DNA of 64,000 nucleotides. Source: Alloascoidea hylecoeti (Eukaryota). Both the position numbers and the translations under genes were made by a program. A model generated the notes under the pieces. It was given only the letters and a program-made list of their open reading frames with translations. It was not told where the DNA came from and ran no database searches. This document shows, in pieces, positions 11,757 to 23,066 of the stretch. Within the stretch, counting starts at the first letter, position 1, and each line of letters begins with the position of its first letter. The stretch spans positions 398,194-462,193 of the forward strand of contig BCKZ01000009.1 of assembly GCA_001600815.1 (NCBI GenBank), written 5' to 3'.

Positions 11757-13319
11757 ATGTCTGAATCTGAACCCTTTTTAATCGATATTGGATATCCTGT
11801 TTATGGTGCTAAATTCATATCAGACAAGGAACTTGTTGTTGCCGGAGGTGGGGGTTATGGCTCACATGGCATCCCAAATCGATTGGTAAGCCTGAAGCCT
11901 AATTTATTTGACTTCGTATTTTTAATAACTTATCTAACTTATATGTTCATGTTGTTTAGTCTGTTTTGAAAATTGATTTTAAAGCCGAAAAGCCCCTGGA
12001 TACTATGGCAGAAATGGATGTAGAGAAGGGTGATGATGCTCCGATGAGTTTGAGTGCAGCACAAAATGTAAGTAGACCAATCATTTATTGTTGCCTATCT
12101 TTTGACTAAACAATATTTTTGGCTTTTTACGAAGGGTATAATATACATAGGCGCCAATAAATCTGTTGATTCAATTAAAAGTGGATCAAATGATCATCTT
12201 CGAAAATTGGAATACTCAGAAAAAGGGTAAGAAATATTCAAATGTCATCTATATCTATATCATTTCTAATATTTATACCATTACAGAATAACACACAAAA
12301 CTTCTGCTGATTTATTCAAAACAACAAATTCCGACGTTTACCAAAAATTTACAGCTCTTAGTTTTGATGAATCGACTCTTGCAATTGCAACAAGTGAAGA
12401 ACCTACTGGCATATACGTTCTTGATCCAAATTCCCTTAAACAAAAATATCACAAATCAGTTGATAGTAAAGGACTCAAAGATTTGAAACTTTCTCAAACA
12501 GGGAAATATCTAGCATGGTCAACTAGTGAATCCATTTTTATAATAGATTTAAAAAGTGGTGATGATATTCCTATTTCCTCTGAATTAATTTCTTTACAAA
12601 ACAAATATTTCTTTGGAAAGTTTACTTTCATTGATGAAGATACATTATTAATTGGTACAAGCATAAGAGGTCCAAAAGGAGGTAAAGGCATTGCATTAAT
12701 TATTTACTCTATTTCTTTAAAAAGGATTATTAAATTGAAACAAATTTCAAAAACTATTAAAGGAATATCTGCATTAGATATATCAAAAGATGGTTTAATT
12801 GCCCTTGGTGGATCTGATACTTCAGTTTTAATAATCTCAAAAGAATCATTAAAACAATTAAAGGTTTTTAGAAATATGAATATTGCTGTTACAAATGTTT
12901 GTTTTAATCCATCAGGAACCATATTAGTGTCTACTTCTGCAGCTGATCAAGTCTTTGCTGTTCAAATTCCCTCAGGAGGATACAATAAAAATCAAGTAAC
13001 ATTTGTCTATTCTTCACTCAGTGTTATTTTAATTGCATTGATTGCTTTCATCTTGGCACAATTTTTTCGATCTGATAGTTTTAGAGATCTTGTTTTGAAT
13101 AAATCGAACAATATTAAATATGATTGGTCTTCTTTAAGTTGGGATTTAAACTCATATCTAAAACCTGCGATTAGTGATGGTTTGAACAATGAATTGGAAA
13201 GTTCAATAAAAGTTCAAGAAACTGTTTCTGTTGAAAACTTAAATAGAGAAGATCCATCAGCTATATTGGATGATATCAAGAAAAGTGAACCGGGACCTTT
13301 AGATTCAGAAACTCTCTAA
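11757..13319 (+). CDS. SEC12: Sar1 guanine-nucleotide exchange factor Sec12 (WD40 propeller plus TM), 4 exons, 453 aa
   Basis: Exons 11757-11885, 11960-12067, 12135-12226 and 12287-13319 join in frame. IGYPVYGAKF...VAGGGGYGSHGIPNRL K-loop motif and a C-terminal TM helix. Confidence 0.88.
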
Positions 13320-13677
13320 TATTAATCATACTAGTGTATAATGGGCATGGCTATGATCATAAGAGTTTGTCAAATCATCAAGAACAAATATTTAGTCTTA
13401 TCAATCATAATTACGTAATCGTTATATACTGATAAGAGGTATAAATAAATTGTAAAATAACGAAAAGATAAAGGAACCCGCGAGCCTATAGCTAAATAAT
13501 ATGAAATAGATACTAATTACGATTTTATTGGGATAATATAATTATTAGACATAATAAGATCTTATTGGGGGACCATTCTTTGGACAATTAATTTTACATT
13601 CACGTGCCTGGGGTAAAAAAGTCCCATAACATCCACACTCATTTTTATAAAATTTCAAATTCAGATGCCAAGACTAG

Positions 13678-14760
13678 ATGAGTGGAAATGATCAAAATCT
13701 CGTGGCCTCAATTTCATTGGATGGAGCTAATGGGTATGGCGATGTTGATACGGACGATATAAGTATAAAAAGTTTTACAGATTCTGACGTATCTTCTTCT
13801 GAAGAAGAAACACCAAAAGTTAATTATTTACTATCAGACACTATGTTATCAAGCTCTTCAAACTTAAAATCTTTTCAGAATCATCTAATATTTTCAAAGA
13901 GAATAATAGCTTTAGTCGGAGCGGGGTTATCCGCTTCTTCTGGTCTTCCAACCTTTAGAGGATCCGGAGGTATGTGGCGAAATTACGATGCCATTGATCT
14001 TGCAACACCAGAAGCATTCAGGGCGAACCCTTCACTGGTTTGGCAATTTTATTCAGCAAGACGTTCAGCCGCTTTAAAGGCTAGGCCAAATGCAGGGCAT
14101 TATTCTCTTGCTGAATTAGCAAGAATAAAAAATGGCGACTTTCTAACCCTTACTCAAAACGTGGATGGATTAAGTCTGAGAGCAAACCATCCCAGTGAGA
14201 CGTTATTGGATCTACACGGGAATCTATTTGAAGTGAGATGCACCGGATTTCTATGCAATTATACACAAATGGTTTTTAAGCAACCTTTGGTGCCTGCTTT
14301 GGCTGATAACGATTTTCCATTGATTAGCGCTGATATAGACGATGCTACTGTTTCGACAGTGGATAATAAGGGGCATATCGATGAAAAGATTAAAAATATA
14401 CCACTTAAGGAACTCCCCATATGTCCAAAATGTAAGAAGGATTTACTACGTCCTGGAATTGTTTGGTTTGGAGAGCCATTACCGTTAAAGGTGATTGATA
14501 CAGCAGATAATTTTCTCGTCCAGGAGAAGGTTGATTTAATATTAGTCATAGGAACATCATGTTCAGTCTGGCCAGCTGCCGGCTATGTTGATCGTGTGAA
14601 ATCAAAGGGTGGTAAAGTAGCCGTGTTTAACATCGAGGCTGATAAAGAGGATGTAGAGCATGATGGGGGTTGGGTTTTTAAAGGAGATGCTGCTAAATGG
14701 CTTCCTATTGCGTTGGAACCTGTCATTGGAAGGAATTTTATTCCAAGGAGGTGCAGATAA
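13678..14760 (+). CDS. Class III sirtuin (SIRT5/CobB-type NAD-dependent deacylase)
   Basis: GAGLSASSGLPTFRG, LATPEAF, WQFYSARR (YxxR succinyl pocket), TQNVDGL, HG, two Cys pairs, RPGIVWFGE and GTS. Confidence 0.93.
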   Translation: MSGNDQNLVASISLDGANGYGDVDTDDISIKSFTDSDVSSSEEETPKVNYLLSDTMLSSSSNLKSFQNHLIFSKRIIALVGAGLSASSGLPTFRGSGGMWRNYDAIDLATPEAFRANPSLVWQFYSARRSAALKARPNAGHYSLAELARIKNGDFLTLTQNVDGLSLRANHPSETLLDLHGNLFEVRCTGFLCNYTQMVFKQPLVPALADNDFPLISADIDDATVSTVDNKGHIDEKIKNIPLKELPICPKCKKDLLRPGIVWFGEPLPLKVIDTADNFLVQEKVDLILVIGTSCSVWPAAGYVDRVKSKGGKVAVFNIEADKEDVEHDGGWVFKGDAAKWLPIALEPVIGRNFIPRRCR

Positions 14761-15152
14761 CAAATATCTCTATACCTATAATTTATATAAGCCCTTTCAT
14801 AAATGTAATCCAGGTACCTATTTTTTTTAACCTTCCATAAGATGTCCGATTAAAAAACTTCTACCTTGAACATTAAGTTTATATGATCTGTTAGATACAG
14901 GCAATAGCAACCAATCGTTTTAGCCAGATAGGCATACTAAGCAACTTCCAAGAACTACTGTTCCATTCCAGTAACCTTGGTTTAAAAAGTCAACGTGTTC
15001 CCTAAATTACACCTCCAGTGTATCTTACAGCACATCCTACGGTGCATATTAATTGCATACAGGAGCCAGCCTACCAGCCACTGTGTTTTGGTTTTACACT
15101 CCTTCTACATTCTTTTTTGCTACCATATAATCGACATCAGCTTGTCCTAATA

Positions 15153-16405
15153 ATGAGTAAACGAAATCGCAAAATCGACCTTAATGTCATTTCGGAGATA
15201 GCCTTTTTACTGAGTGCTGGAATTTCAGCCTACTATTTAATATCAAACTTTATGCTTGGTGATAAGCAATCTCAAGAAACAAAGAGAAAAGCTAAAACAA
15301 CACTTCAAAGACTGCAGCAGTCAAATCCATCTTTAGACTTACAACTGAGTGACTATGAAAAGACCATTCTAGCTAATGTCGTCACACCGGGAGAGATGAA
15401 GGTGTCGTTTAATGGTAAGTAATAAACTTGCATCACTACTAGTGTTTATAATTTGCAATTTACTCGTTACTGGGGTACCTTCTTGGTCAAAAATTAATTA
15501 TAACATATCAAAACGTTTAGACATTGGGGGGTTGGAAGATATCATCGAGGAATTAAGAGAATCTGTTTTATATCCTTTGACCGTGTAAGCCTTTATTTGA
15601 AAATTTTGACAAAACTTCATCTTTCTAACAATTTATTTTTTTACGAAACAGTCCTCAACTTTACAGCCACCATTCATCTTTACTCTCAGCTCCTAAAGGT
15701 GTGCTTTTATATGGGCCTCCTGGATGTGGTAAAACAATGATTGCGAAAGCCTGTGCTAAGGAATCAGGCGCAAATTTCATCTCTATTCGTATGTCATCCA
15801 TCATGGATAAATGGTTTGGTGAATCAAATAAATTGGTCTCGGCCATTTTTAGTCTGGCTCAAAAACTTCAACCTTGTATCATATTTGTTGATGAGATGGA
15901 TTCTTTTCTAAGAGAAAGGCAAGCTGCAGATCATGAGGTTACTGCAATGCTTAAAGCTGAATTCATGACATTATGGGATGGTTTAACCAGTGATGGGCGT
16001 ATCTTGGTTCTTGGTGCTACTAATCGTCCCAACGATATTGACAATGCTATTTTACGTCGTATGCCAAAAAGATTTGCCGTTAAATTGCCTGATGCATTCC
16101 AAAGACGCAAGATTTTAAATGTTTTACTCAAAGAAGCAAATCTAGATCCTAAATTTGATTTAGAAATGGTCGTTAGTAGGAGTGCTGGAATGAGTGGTAG
16201 TGATTTGAAAGAAATATGTAGAAATGCTGCCATGAATGCAACAAGGGAATATATACATCAAAATTTTGTTGATGGGAAAAAGATAACAGGAGATGAAGTT
16301 AATGTTAGGCCTTTACGAACGACTGATTTCTTTGTTAAACTAGCTAGTGAAGGAATGACTTCAGGTAATAGGATTAGAGAAATACCTGAGGTTACCGTGG
16401 ATTAG
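15153..16405 (+). CDS. MSP1: Outer-membrane AAA dislocase Msp1, 3 exons, 359 aa
   Basis: Exons 15153-15414, 15521-15584 and 15652-16405. N-terminal [28 protein letters not shown] and [18 protein letters not shown]. Confidence 0.95.
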
Positions 16406-17880
16406 ATTTATAAGATTTGTTGGATTGTTAATGGTTTTTATTTTTACTTATATATTATTATTGTTTGTTTGTGCTATAAACTACATATGCATAGATTAAT
16501 TATACATTGATTTACCCTTAAGCTTTATGTGATTTATCTCTTGGCATTATCACTCTTGATTTAACCATATCAAATGTTACGAATGTAATGGTAGATCTAC
16601 AATTTTTGGTATTACTGTCTAATCTTATTGACACTGATACTTTTTGGCTTTCAATATTTATTAAAACTTGTTCCTCTTTAACTCGTACACATATGCATAA
16701 TTAACTATCTTGACCCATGCATATGTATTCTTATCATAATATTAAGCTTTATATTAGGATTAAATGAAAATGGAATAAACATTTGCTTTGTTGAACCTCT
16801 ATAGCTTATACAATGATCATAAATCATGCTTATCTATAACGGTATTGTCAAATCTTCTTTTTGGGTGGAATACCCTGGTATAGGGTAGCTATAGGTTATG
16901 TATCAACTACGGACATCATATATAAGAAACACAAAAACTATAACACTTTTTAAAATTTAGTAGTTTTATTTATGTGCTGTATAAATGGTGCTCATCTAAT
17001 ATGAGGTTTAGGAGAATCTGATAGTTTGATTTCGAATATTATAGAAGCGTTTGAAATCTGAACTCGCGGTTTGTAGTATCTCGCAATTGGTTCTAACTTG
17101 CCCTATAGCTAATTGCTTCAGGTAAAAATAGTTTAAATTAGACTCAACCTTGGGCATACATATGGTTATTATAGCTTCACCGGTTTGGAAATACCTGCAG
17201 AGCAGCAATTAATAGCCAATAAAATATTCTAAATTGTATATTTTCCTATATTTTTATGAAATCTATGAAAATACTTTCCAATTAGCAGCTTAATATATAA
17301 TGATTTGTATTATGCATACTATTAAAGAAAGGGTTATTAAATTAAAGAAGATACCACAGGTCAATCAATACAGGGTCTAGCTGTATGTTCTAGGAGGGAA
17401 GTATGCATACTCAGTTGAATATATTTGAATGCACTTTCCCAAATTATTTCCTATTTCGTTTTAAGATATAACCTTTTGGGGAAGGCTCGCTCTAAACTTG
17501 TATATATCAAGTTATATATATAGGATATAATTACAACAACTTTCTTTCCCATGATATTGGTTTTATACTTCGTATATTCCTCTTATATAAGATCAGTTAT
17601 ATAAGTGGTACGGTTAAAATATAACTTATGTCATGATCAAGGTAGTTTTTCAAATGGATATATAAATATGATTAAAGTTCTCGATGCTATCTGAGTATAA
17701 TGTTAAAATTAAGAAATTTAACCAAGCAATCTTTCATAGACTTTAAAATATTGATATTTCTAATGCTAATCTCCATCAAAAAAATCTCTATAAAAGAAAT
17801 TTGATCATAAGTTTTTTTCAACGAGATCTAAAGTTATTAGTATCACTTTTAATTTGTGGCAACTTGATAATAAACGCAAA

Positions 17881-18520
17881 ATGGAACGCGGACCTTTACC
17901 TGGCCATGTGAGACAAACAGATGGAAACACAACTCTGCCCAGTGTGTATGATTTACCTTTAATAAACGGAAATCATACGAATAACAAGTGTAATAGGAAT
18001 ATTACGGTCTCACCACCAACAGATCCAATCACACCCCGAATTGCGATTTCATCACTTCTTAGTCCCATTTCGCTCACATCACCAACGCTAGCTCCAGTTG
18101 CACACAGCCATGCATATAGTTATTACAGGATTGTTTTATAGTAGATTAAAAAAGAACGAAAATTATAATGTCTCCCGGGCAGACTAGAAGATGTGGTTGC
18201 TACACATTAGAAATTAGAGTAAAAGCTGAACAATGGAAATCCACCCTTATGCCCTGGAACTAGCAATGGAATATATCCGGGAGAATAATATCCAGTATTT
18301 AGAACCAAGATAGGAATCGATTACGACTTTCTTTCAAGCTCGTGTTCGAGACAAAGAGTGTTTTATAAATTTCTTAGGACTAGATTCGTTTTACTGCTTT
18401 ATTTAATAACTTGGTTTCTCAAGATCGATTGATCAACTTGTTACAAATCAACAAACATTGCAATAATTTGCTCAAACAGGAAATTAAATGGAACTAGTAT
18501 TTATATTAAAAATTATTTTA
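17881..18520 (+). pseudogene. Possible decayed HTH (psq/CENP-B-like) regulator gene or transposase remnant
   Basis: A short ORF with LPSVYDL and ISSLL motifs is followed by interrupted frames reading ALELAMEYIRENNI..KIGID..TTFFQARVR..RFTAF..LQ*FAQTGN*MELVFI. Weak by-eye similarity to the relic at 48590-49000. Confidence 0.25.
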
Positions 18521-19092
18521 CCTACAAATTATTTGTTCTTTTATTATCAATTTGTTATTTCATAATATTTCTTGCTTCCAATGTTCATTTGTTACTCAAC
18601 TGATTATAATTCATTTTTTTTTTTTTTATTTCAAATATATCAATCAAATTCATTATTATTATTATTTTTGAACACACAAAAGTAATATTAGTTGCAATTG
18701 AGTTATTACAAAAGTATTTATATGGGGTATTATATGCGCTCTAATTGTAACGCAAGTTTGTGTTAATATTAATGTTATTATTGAAACTTTTCATCTTCAT
18801 TTCATCATTATCACTATAATTGTGTTAATATTTTTGTTTATGTTGATATTTATGTTTATGCTAATTTTTATGTTTTTTTTTAATATATATGTTTGAATTA
18901 AGCGTTTTAGATACTTTCGTCTATAAGATTTCTTATCAATCTTTATTCGTATTTCTTATAGATATAGTTTTCAAAATAATACCTCTTTTCATTTTCGCTT
19001 TGCAATCTTGATTATTATTTACAACTCTTTGGAATTAATGTGAAATTGGTGCTTGTCTCCAAACGTCCATAATGAACCAAGCTCAGGACTTT

Positions 19093-19299
19093 ACCACTTG
19101 TTGGCCTATATATTTGCTTGCATTTAAGAAACCATTAACCCATTGCTTAAGTTAACAATTCGACCGACATGCATATTCGGCCCCTTTTATATGTTCAACA
19201 AGTGGTCGAACTAAAGTGAGAACACTGGTCGAATTGTTAACTTAAGCAATGGGTTAATGGTTTCTTAAATGCAAGCAAATATATAGGCCAACAAGTGGT
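19093..19299. repeat. Perfect 73-bp inverted repeat with a 61-bp spacer (foldback/MITE-like element)
   Basis: The left arm 19093-19165 (ACCACTTGTTGGCC...CAATTCGACC) is the exact reverse complement of the right arm 19227-19299. Confidence 0.97.
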
Positions 19300-19722
19300 C
19301 GATATTAACTCAAAGTACTGTATATCGTCCGGACTCGTCCCTAATAAGACTCCCTAGGTATTTAATTATAATTAAATTAATTCCAGCTATCCCCTCATTT
19401 TTCCGTTCTTTTAATCCGATCATGCAAAATAAATACTAACAAACTGTCAACCAGACTCTACAATTGCAAATTGGTATGTGAACTCGACAAACAATTTTTT
19501 CAAGGAGCAAAGATCAAGGCCTATAGTCCATTATTCTAATACGTAAGCATGTTTTCTTTAACTAATTAATCAACAATTATAAAATTAATAATGGGAGATT
19601 TAAATGACACCATACAATATAATTAATATTACCCATGATATGTAAATGTGTGCATCATCATCATTTAAAAGGGGAAATTCCTCTGTTTTTTCTTCAATTG
19701 ATATTTATCCTACTCTTCATAA

Positions 19723-22248
19723 ATGTCATCTTTTAAGCCATTAAAATATGACGTTGAGGAGCTTTTAGAACAGCTTACTACAAATGAAAAGGTGTCTTTA
19801 CTTTCGGGCTTGGATTTTTGGCATACTAACCCAATACATGCACGTGGAATTCCTTCGCTAACATTTTCCGACGGCCCAAATGGAGTCAGAGGAATTCATC
19901 ACTTCAATTCTACTCCTACTGGAATTGTTCCTGCTGAAACTGGACTTGCATCCACTTGGGATAAAAAGCTAATATATGAGGTTGGGGAATATCTTGGGAT
20001 TCAAGCAAAAGCTAAGAATTCTCATGTTATCCTCGGTCCGACTGTAAATATTCAAAGGGGTCCTAACGGTGGCAGAGGCTTTGAATCTTTCAGTGAAGAT
20101 CCGGTATTGAGCGGCACTTTGGCTGGTGCATATGTCAATGGTGTACAAAGTAAAGGTATTTCTGCAACAATAAAACACTTTGTCTGCAATGACCAAGAGG
20201 TTGAAAGATTTTCTAGTGATTCCATTATTACAGAAAGAGCACTAAGAGAAATATATCTTAAACCTTTCCAAATCGCAGTTCGTGATTCAAATCCAAAATC
20301 TTTCATGACATCTTACAATAAAGTTAATGGAATCCATGCAAGTGAAAACGAACATTTGTACCATATTTTAAGACAGGAGTGGGGATGGAATGGGTTAGTA
20401 ATGTCTGATTGGGGTGGAACGTATTCTACTTCTGAATCGGTCAATGCGGGTTTAGACCTAGAAATGCCCGGTCCATCAAAATGGAGAGGTGATAAAGTGA
20501 TTCATTCATTACTTTCTAAAAAAGTCAAACCTAGAATTATTGATGAAAGAGCAAGAGAGCTCTTAAAATTTATAAAAGATACATGGAATAACAGTGAGAT
20601 CGGGGAAAATTTACCAGAACTGGAGCACAATACACCCGAGGATAAAATATTTTTAAGAAAACTCTCAGCTAAAATTGGAGTTCTATTGAAAAACGAGGAT
20701 AACATTTTACCGCTGAAAAAGGACAAAAGAACGGTCGTCATAGGATACAATTCATTTTATACATCATACTCTGGCGGGGGCTCTGCATTATGTACTCCAT
20801 ACTATACCATATCTCCATTAAATGCTATCAAAAAGAAAATAGGTGAAAATAACGTTGAATTCACTATGGGTGCATATGCCTACCGTTATCTTCCAACTTT
20901 GATTGAAATGTTAAGTCTTCCAAATCAAGATAAAAAGGGTGTTCTTTTTAAGGTATACGATAAAAAACATTCCGATCCAACTAGGAAACAAATAGATGAA
21001 CTTCAACTTCGGGATATCAGCTATTTGAGACTTAGTGATTATTCCAATGATAATTTAAATCTGGAATTTTATGCGGACTTTATTGCAGATTTTCACTCAG
21101 ATTTTACAGGCAGTTATGATTTTGGGTTGGCCGTTTTAGGGACTGGTAAGGTATTCGTTGATGACAAGTTGATCATAGACAACTCCACGAACCAGAAAAA
21201 GGGCAGCTCGTTTTATGGACGTGGAACAGATGAAATTAGAGGTCAAATTTCTGTAGAAAAAGGTAAAACGTACTCAATAAGAATAGAATTTGGATCTACT
21301 GCTACTAGTGTTCTAGGAATTGAAAATTCTGGCTTTTATGGAGGTGGTGGAATCATGTTTGGAGGTGCTCCGAATATTTTACCTGAAACGATGATTGCTA
21401 AAGCTGTTGAATTGGCATCCGGAGCGGATCAGGTAGTCTTGATAACAGGCTTGAATAAAGAATGGGAGTCAGAAGGTGATGATAAAAATAATATAAAATT
21501 GCCTCCCTATAACGATGAACTCATTTCAAAGGTGTTAGATTCCAACCATAATACAGTGGTGGTTATACAAACAGGTACCCCAGTTGAACTACCTTGGATT
21601 CAAAATGCGAAGGCTTTGCTTCATTTTTCTTATGGAGGTAATGAGACTGGAAATGGCATTGCAGATGTACTATTTGGCGATGAAAATCCCTCGGGTAAAC
21701 TTTCTTTATCTTTTCCCAAGAAATTTGAAGATAATCCGGCATATCTAAATTTTACACCACAAAGAGGGAGAGTTCTATATGGGGAAGATGTGTTTGTTGG
21801 ATACCGATACTATGAAAAGACGCAACGGGATGTCTTATTCCCATTTGGCTATGGTTTATCATACACCACTTTTAAGTTCGAGGATAATTTAACTATTGTT
21901 GCAGATGAAAGTAATGATCTTTTAACTGTTTCGATAAATTTAACAAACACAGGTAAGGTTTCGGGGTCAGAGGTTATACAGATATATATTAGACAAGCAA
22001 ATCCATCAATAATTAGACCTATCAAGGAATTAAAAGGATTCGAAAAAGTATTTTTGGCATCTGGGGAAACAAAAACAGTAACCAGTAATCTATCGTTAAA
22101 ATACGCAACATCATTTTGGGATGAAGATTATGAAAAGTGGCTATCTGAGAAAGGAGTATATACAATTCTTGTAGGAAATTCAAGTAAGGGAGATTTTATG
22201 GCAGGAAAAATTAAGATCAGAGAAACCAAATATTGGTTAGGTGTGTAA
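19723..22248 (+). CDS. Cytosolic GH3 beta-glucosidase with PA14 and FnIII-like domains
   Basis: SDGPNGVRG, GGRGFESFSEDP, KHFVCND, VMSDWG (nucleophile Asp), WESEG and FPFGYGLSYT. No signal peptide. Confidence 0.95.
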   Translation: MSSFKPLKYDVEELLEQLTTNEKVSLLSGLDFWHTNPIHARGIPSLTFSDGPNGVRGIHHFNSTPTGIVPAETGLASTWDKKLIYEVGEYLGIQAKAKNSHVILGPTVNIQRGPNGGRGFESFSEDPVLSGTLAGAYVNGVQSKGISATIKHFVCNDQEVERFSSDSIITERALREIYLKPFQIAVRDSNPKSFMTSYNKVNGIHASENEHLYHILRQEWGWNGLVMSDWGGTYSTSESVNAGLDLEMPGPSKWRGDKVIHSLLSKKVKPRIIDERARELLKFIKDTWNNSEIGENLPELEHNTPEDKIFLRKLSAKIGVLLKNEDNILPLKKDKRTVVIGYNSFYTSYSGGGSALCTPYYTISPLNAIKKKIGENNVEFTMGAYAYRYLPTLIEMLSLPNQDKKGVLFKVYDKKHSDPTRKQIDELQLRDISYLRLSDYSNDNLNLEFYADFIADFHSDFTGSYDFGLAVLGTGKVFVDDKLIIDNSTNQKKGSSFYGRGTDEIRGQISVEKGKTYSIRIEFGSTATSVLGIENSGFYGGGGIMFGGAPNILPETMIAKAVELASGADQVVLITGLNKEWESEGDDKNNIKLPPYNDELISKVLDSNHNTVVVIQTGTPVELPWIQNAKALLHFSYGGNETGNGIADVLFGDENPSGKLSLSFPKKFEDNPAYLNFTPQRGRVLYGEDVFVGYRYYEKTQRDVLFPFGYGLSYTTFKFEDNLTIVADESNDLLTVSINLTNTGKVSGSEVIQIYIRQANPSIIRPIKELKGFEKVFLASGETKTVTSNLSLKYATSFWDEDYEKWLSEKGVYTILVGNSSKGDFMAGKIKIRETKYWLGV

Positions 22249-22405
22249 TTATAATGAATAGAGCTACTTACACGTTTAAAAAAATATTGACGACTTTAAT
22301 TACGGAAGATTTACATTTTTTTAACACATCAAGTATAGTTCAAAGGAACCAATAAAATCAATTATATTGTATAGATTAATGTAAGTTTAACTAAGCCAAC
22401 GTTAA

Positions 22406-23066
22406 TTAGTTAACCAAAGCAGAAGCAGTTGCAGATTCATATTTCCAGGTAGGTGGTAGAACCTCAACAGATCTGTAATATCTGGCCAATCTGTGAATTC
22501 TCGATTCAATCAAAATCAATCTGAATTTACTGTCCTTATCTTTTCTGTTTTTATCCAAGTGTTTCCTGACTGAAACAGCCTTTTTAATTAAATGGTAAAG
22601 ATCTTCGGGTATTTCAGGAGCGAGACCTATATGATGATATTAATGCCACTCTGTCAGTAAATGTGCTCAAAAAGAAACGCAAAACCAAACAGAGGTACAA
22701 TTTAGGACATTTAATCCAATTCTTGACCTAAGGTAAATTGCCTAAAAAAAATAAAGTGTTTAGTACTAACCATGTGATTTCAAAATTCTAAGAATTTTGT
22801 TTCCTACGTTATAAAAATTAGTAACATGAATAGCAAAAAGCAATTTAACAAGATATTAACATACCAGTAACCGAATGAACTTGTGTAACACCATGGGCAT
22901 CTCTCAGTAAAACACCAATTTGCGAAGGAGTTAAACCTTTTCTAGCATATTTTATGATCTGTTCCTCAACTGCCTCAGGGGTCAATTTTAACCAGGATGG
23001 AGCTGAACGAGAATATGGAATTGCGGATGAAGAGATACCCTTTCCTTTACTGTGCATACGACCCAT
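22406..23066 (-). CDS. RPS13: 40S ribosomal protein S13 (uS15), 3 exons, 151 aa
   Basis: Exons 23066-22865, 22803-22771 and 22626-22406. [18 protein letters not shown]...[18 protein letters not shown]...[13 protein letters not shown]. Confidence 0.97.

Noticed and set aside
22742..22770. Apparent mini-intron (GTTAGTACTAAAC...TTTTTTAG) at the 5' end of RPS13 intron 2
   Set aside because: It is only about 29 nt, with the branch-like motif overlapping the donor, which is too short for splicing. The 144-nt intron gives the correct 151-aa protein.
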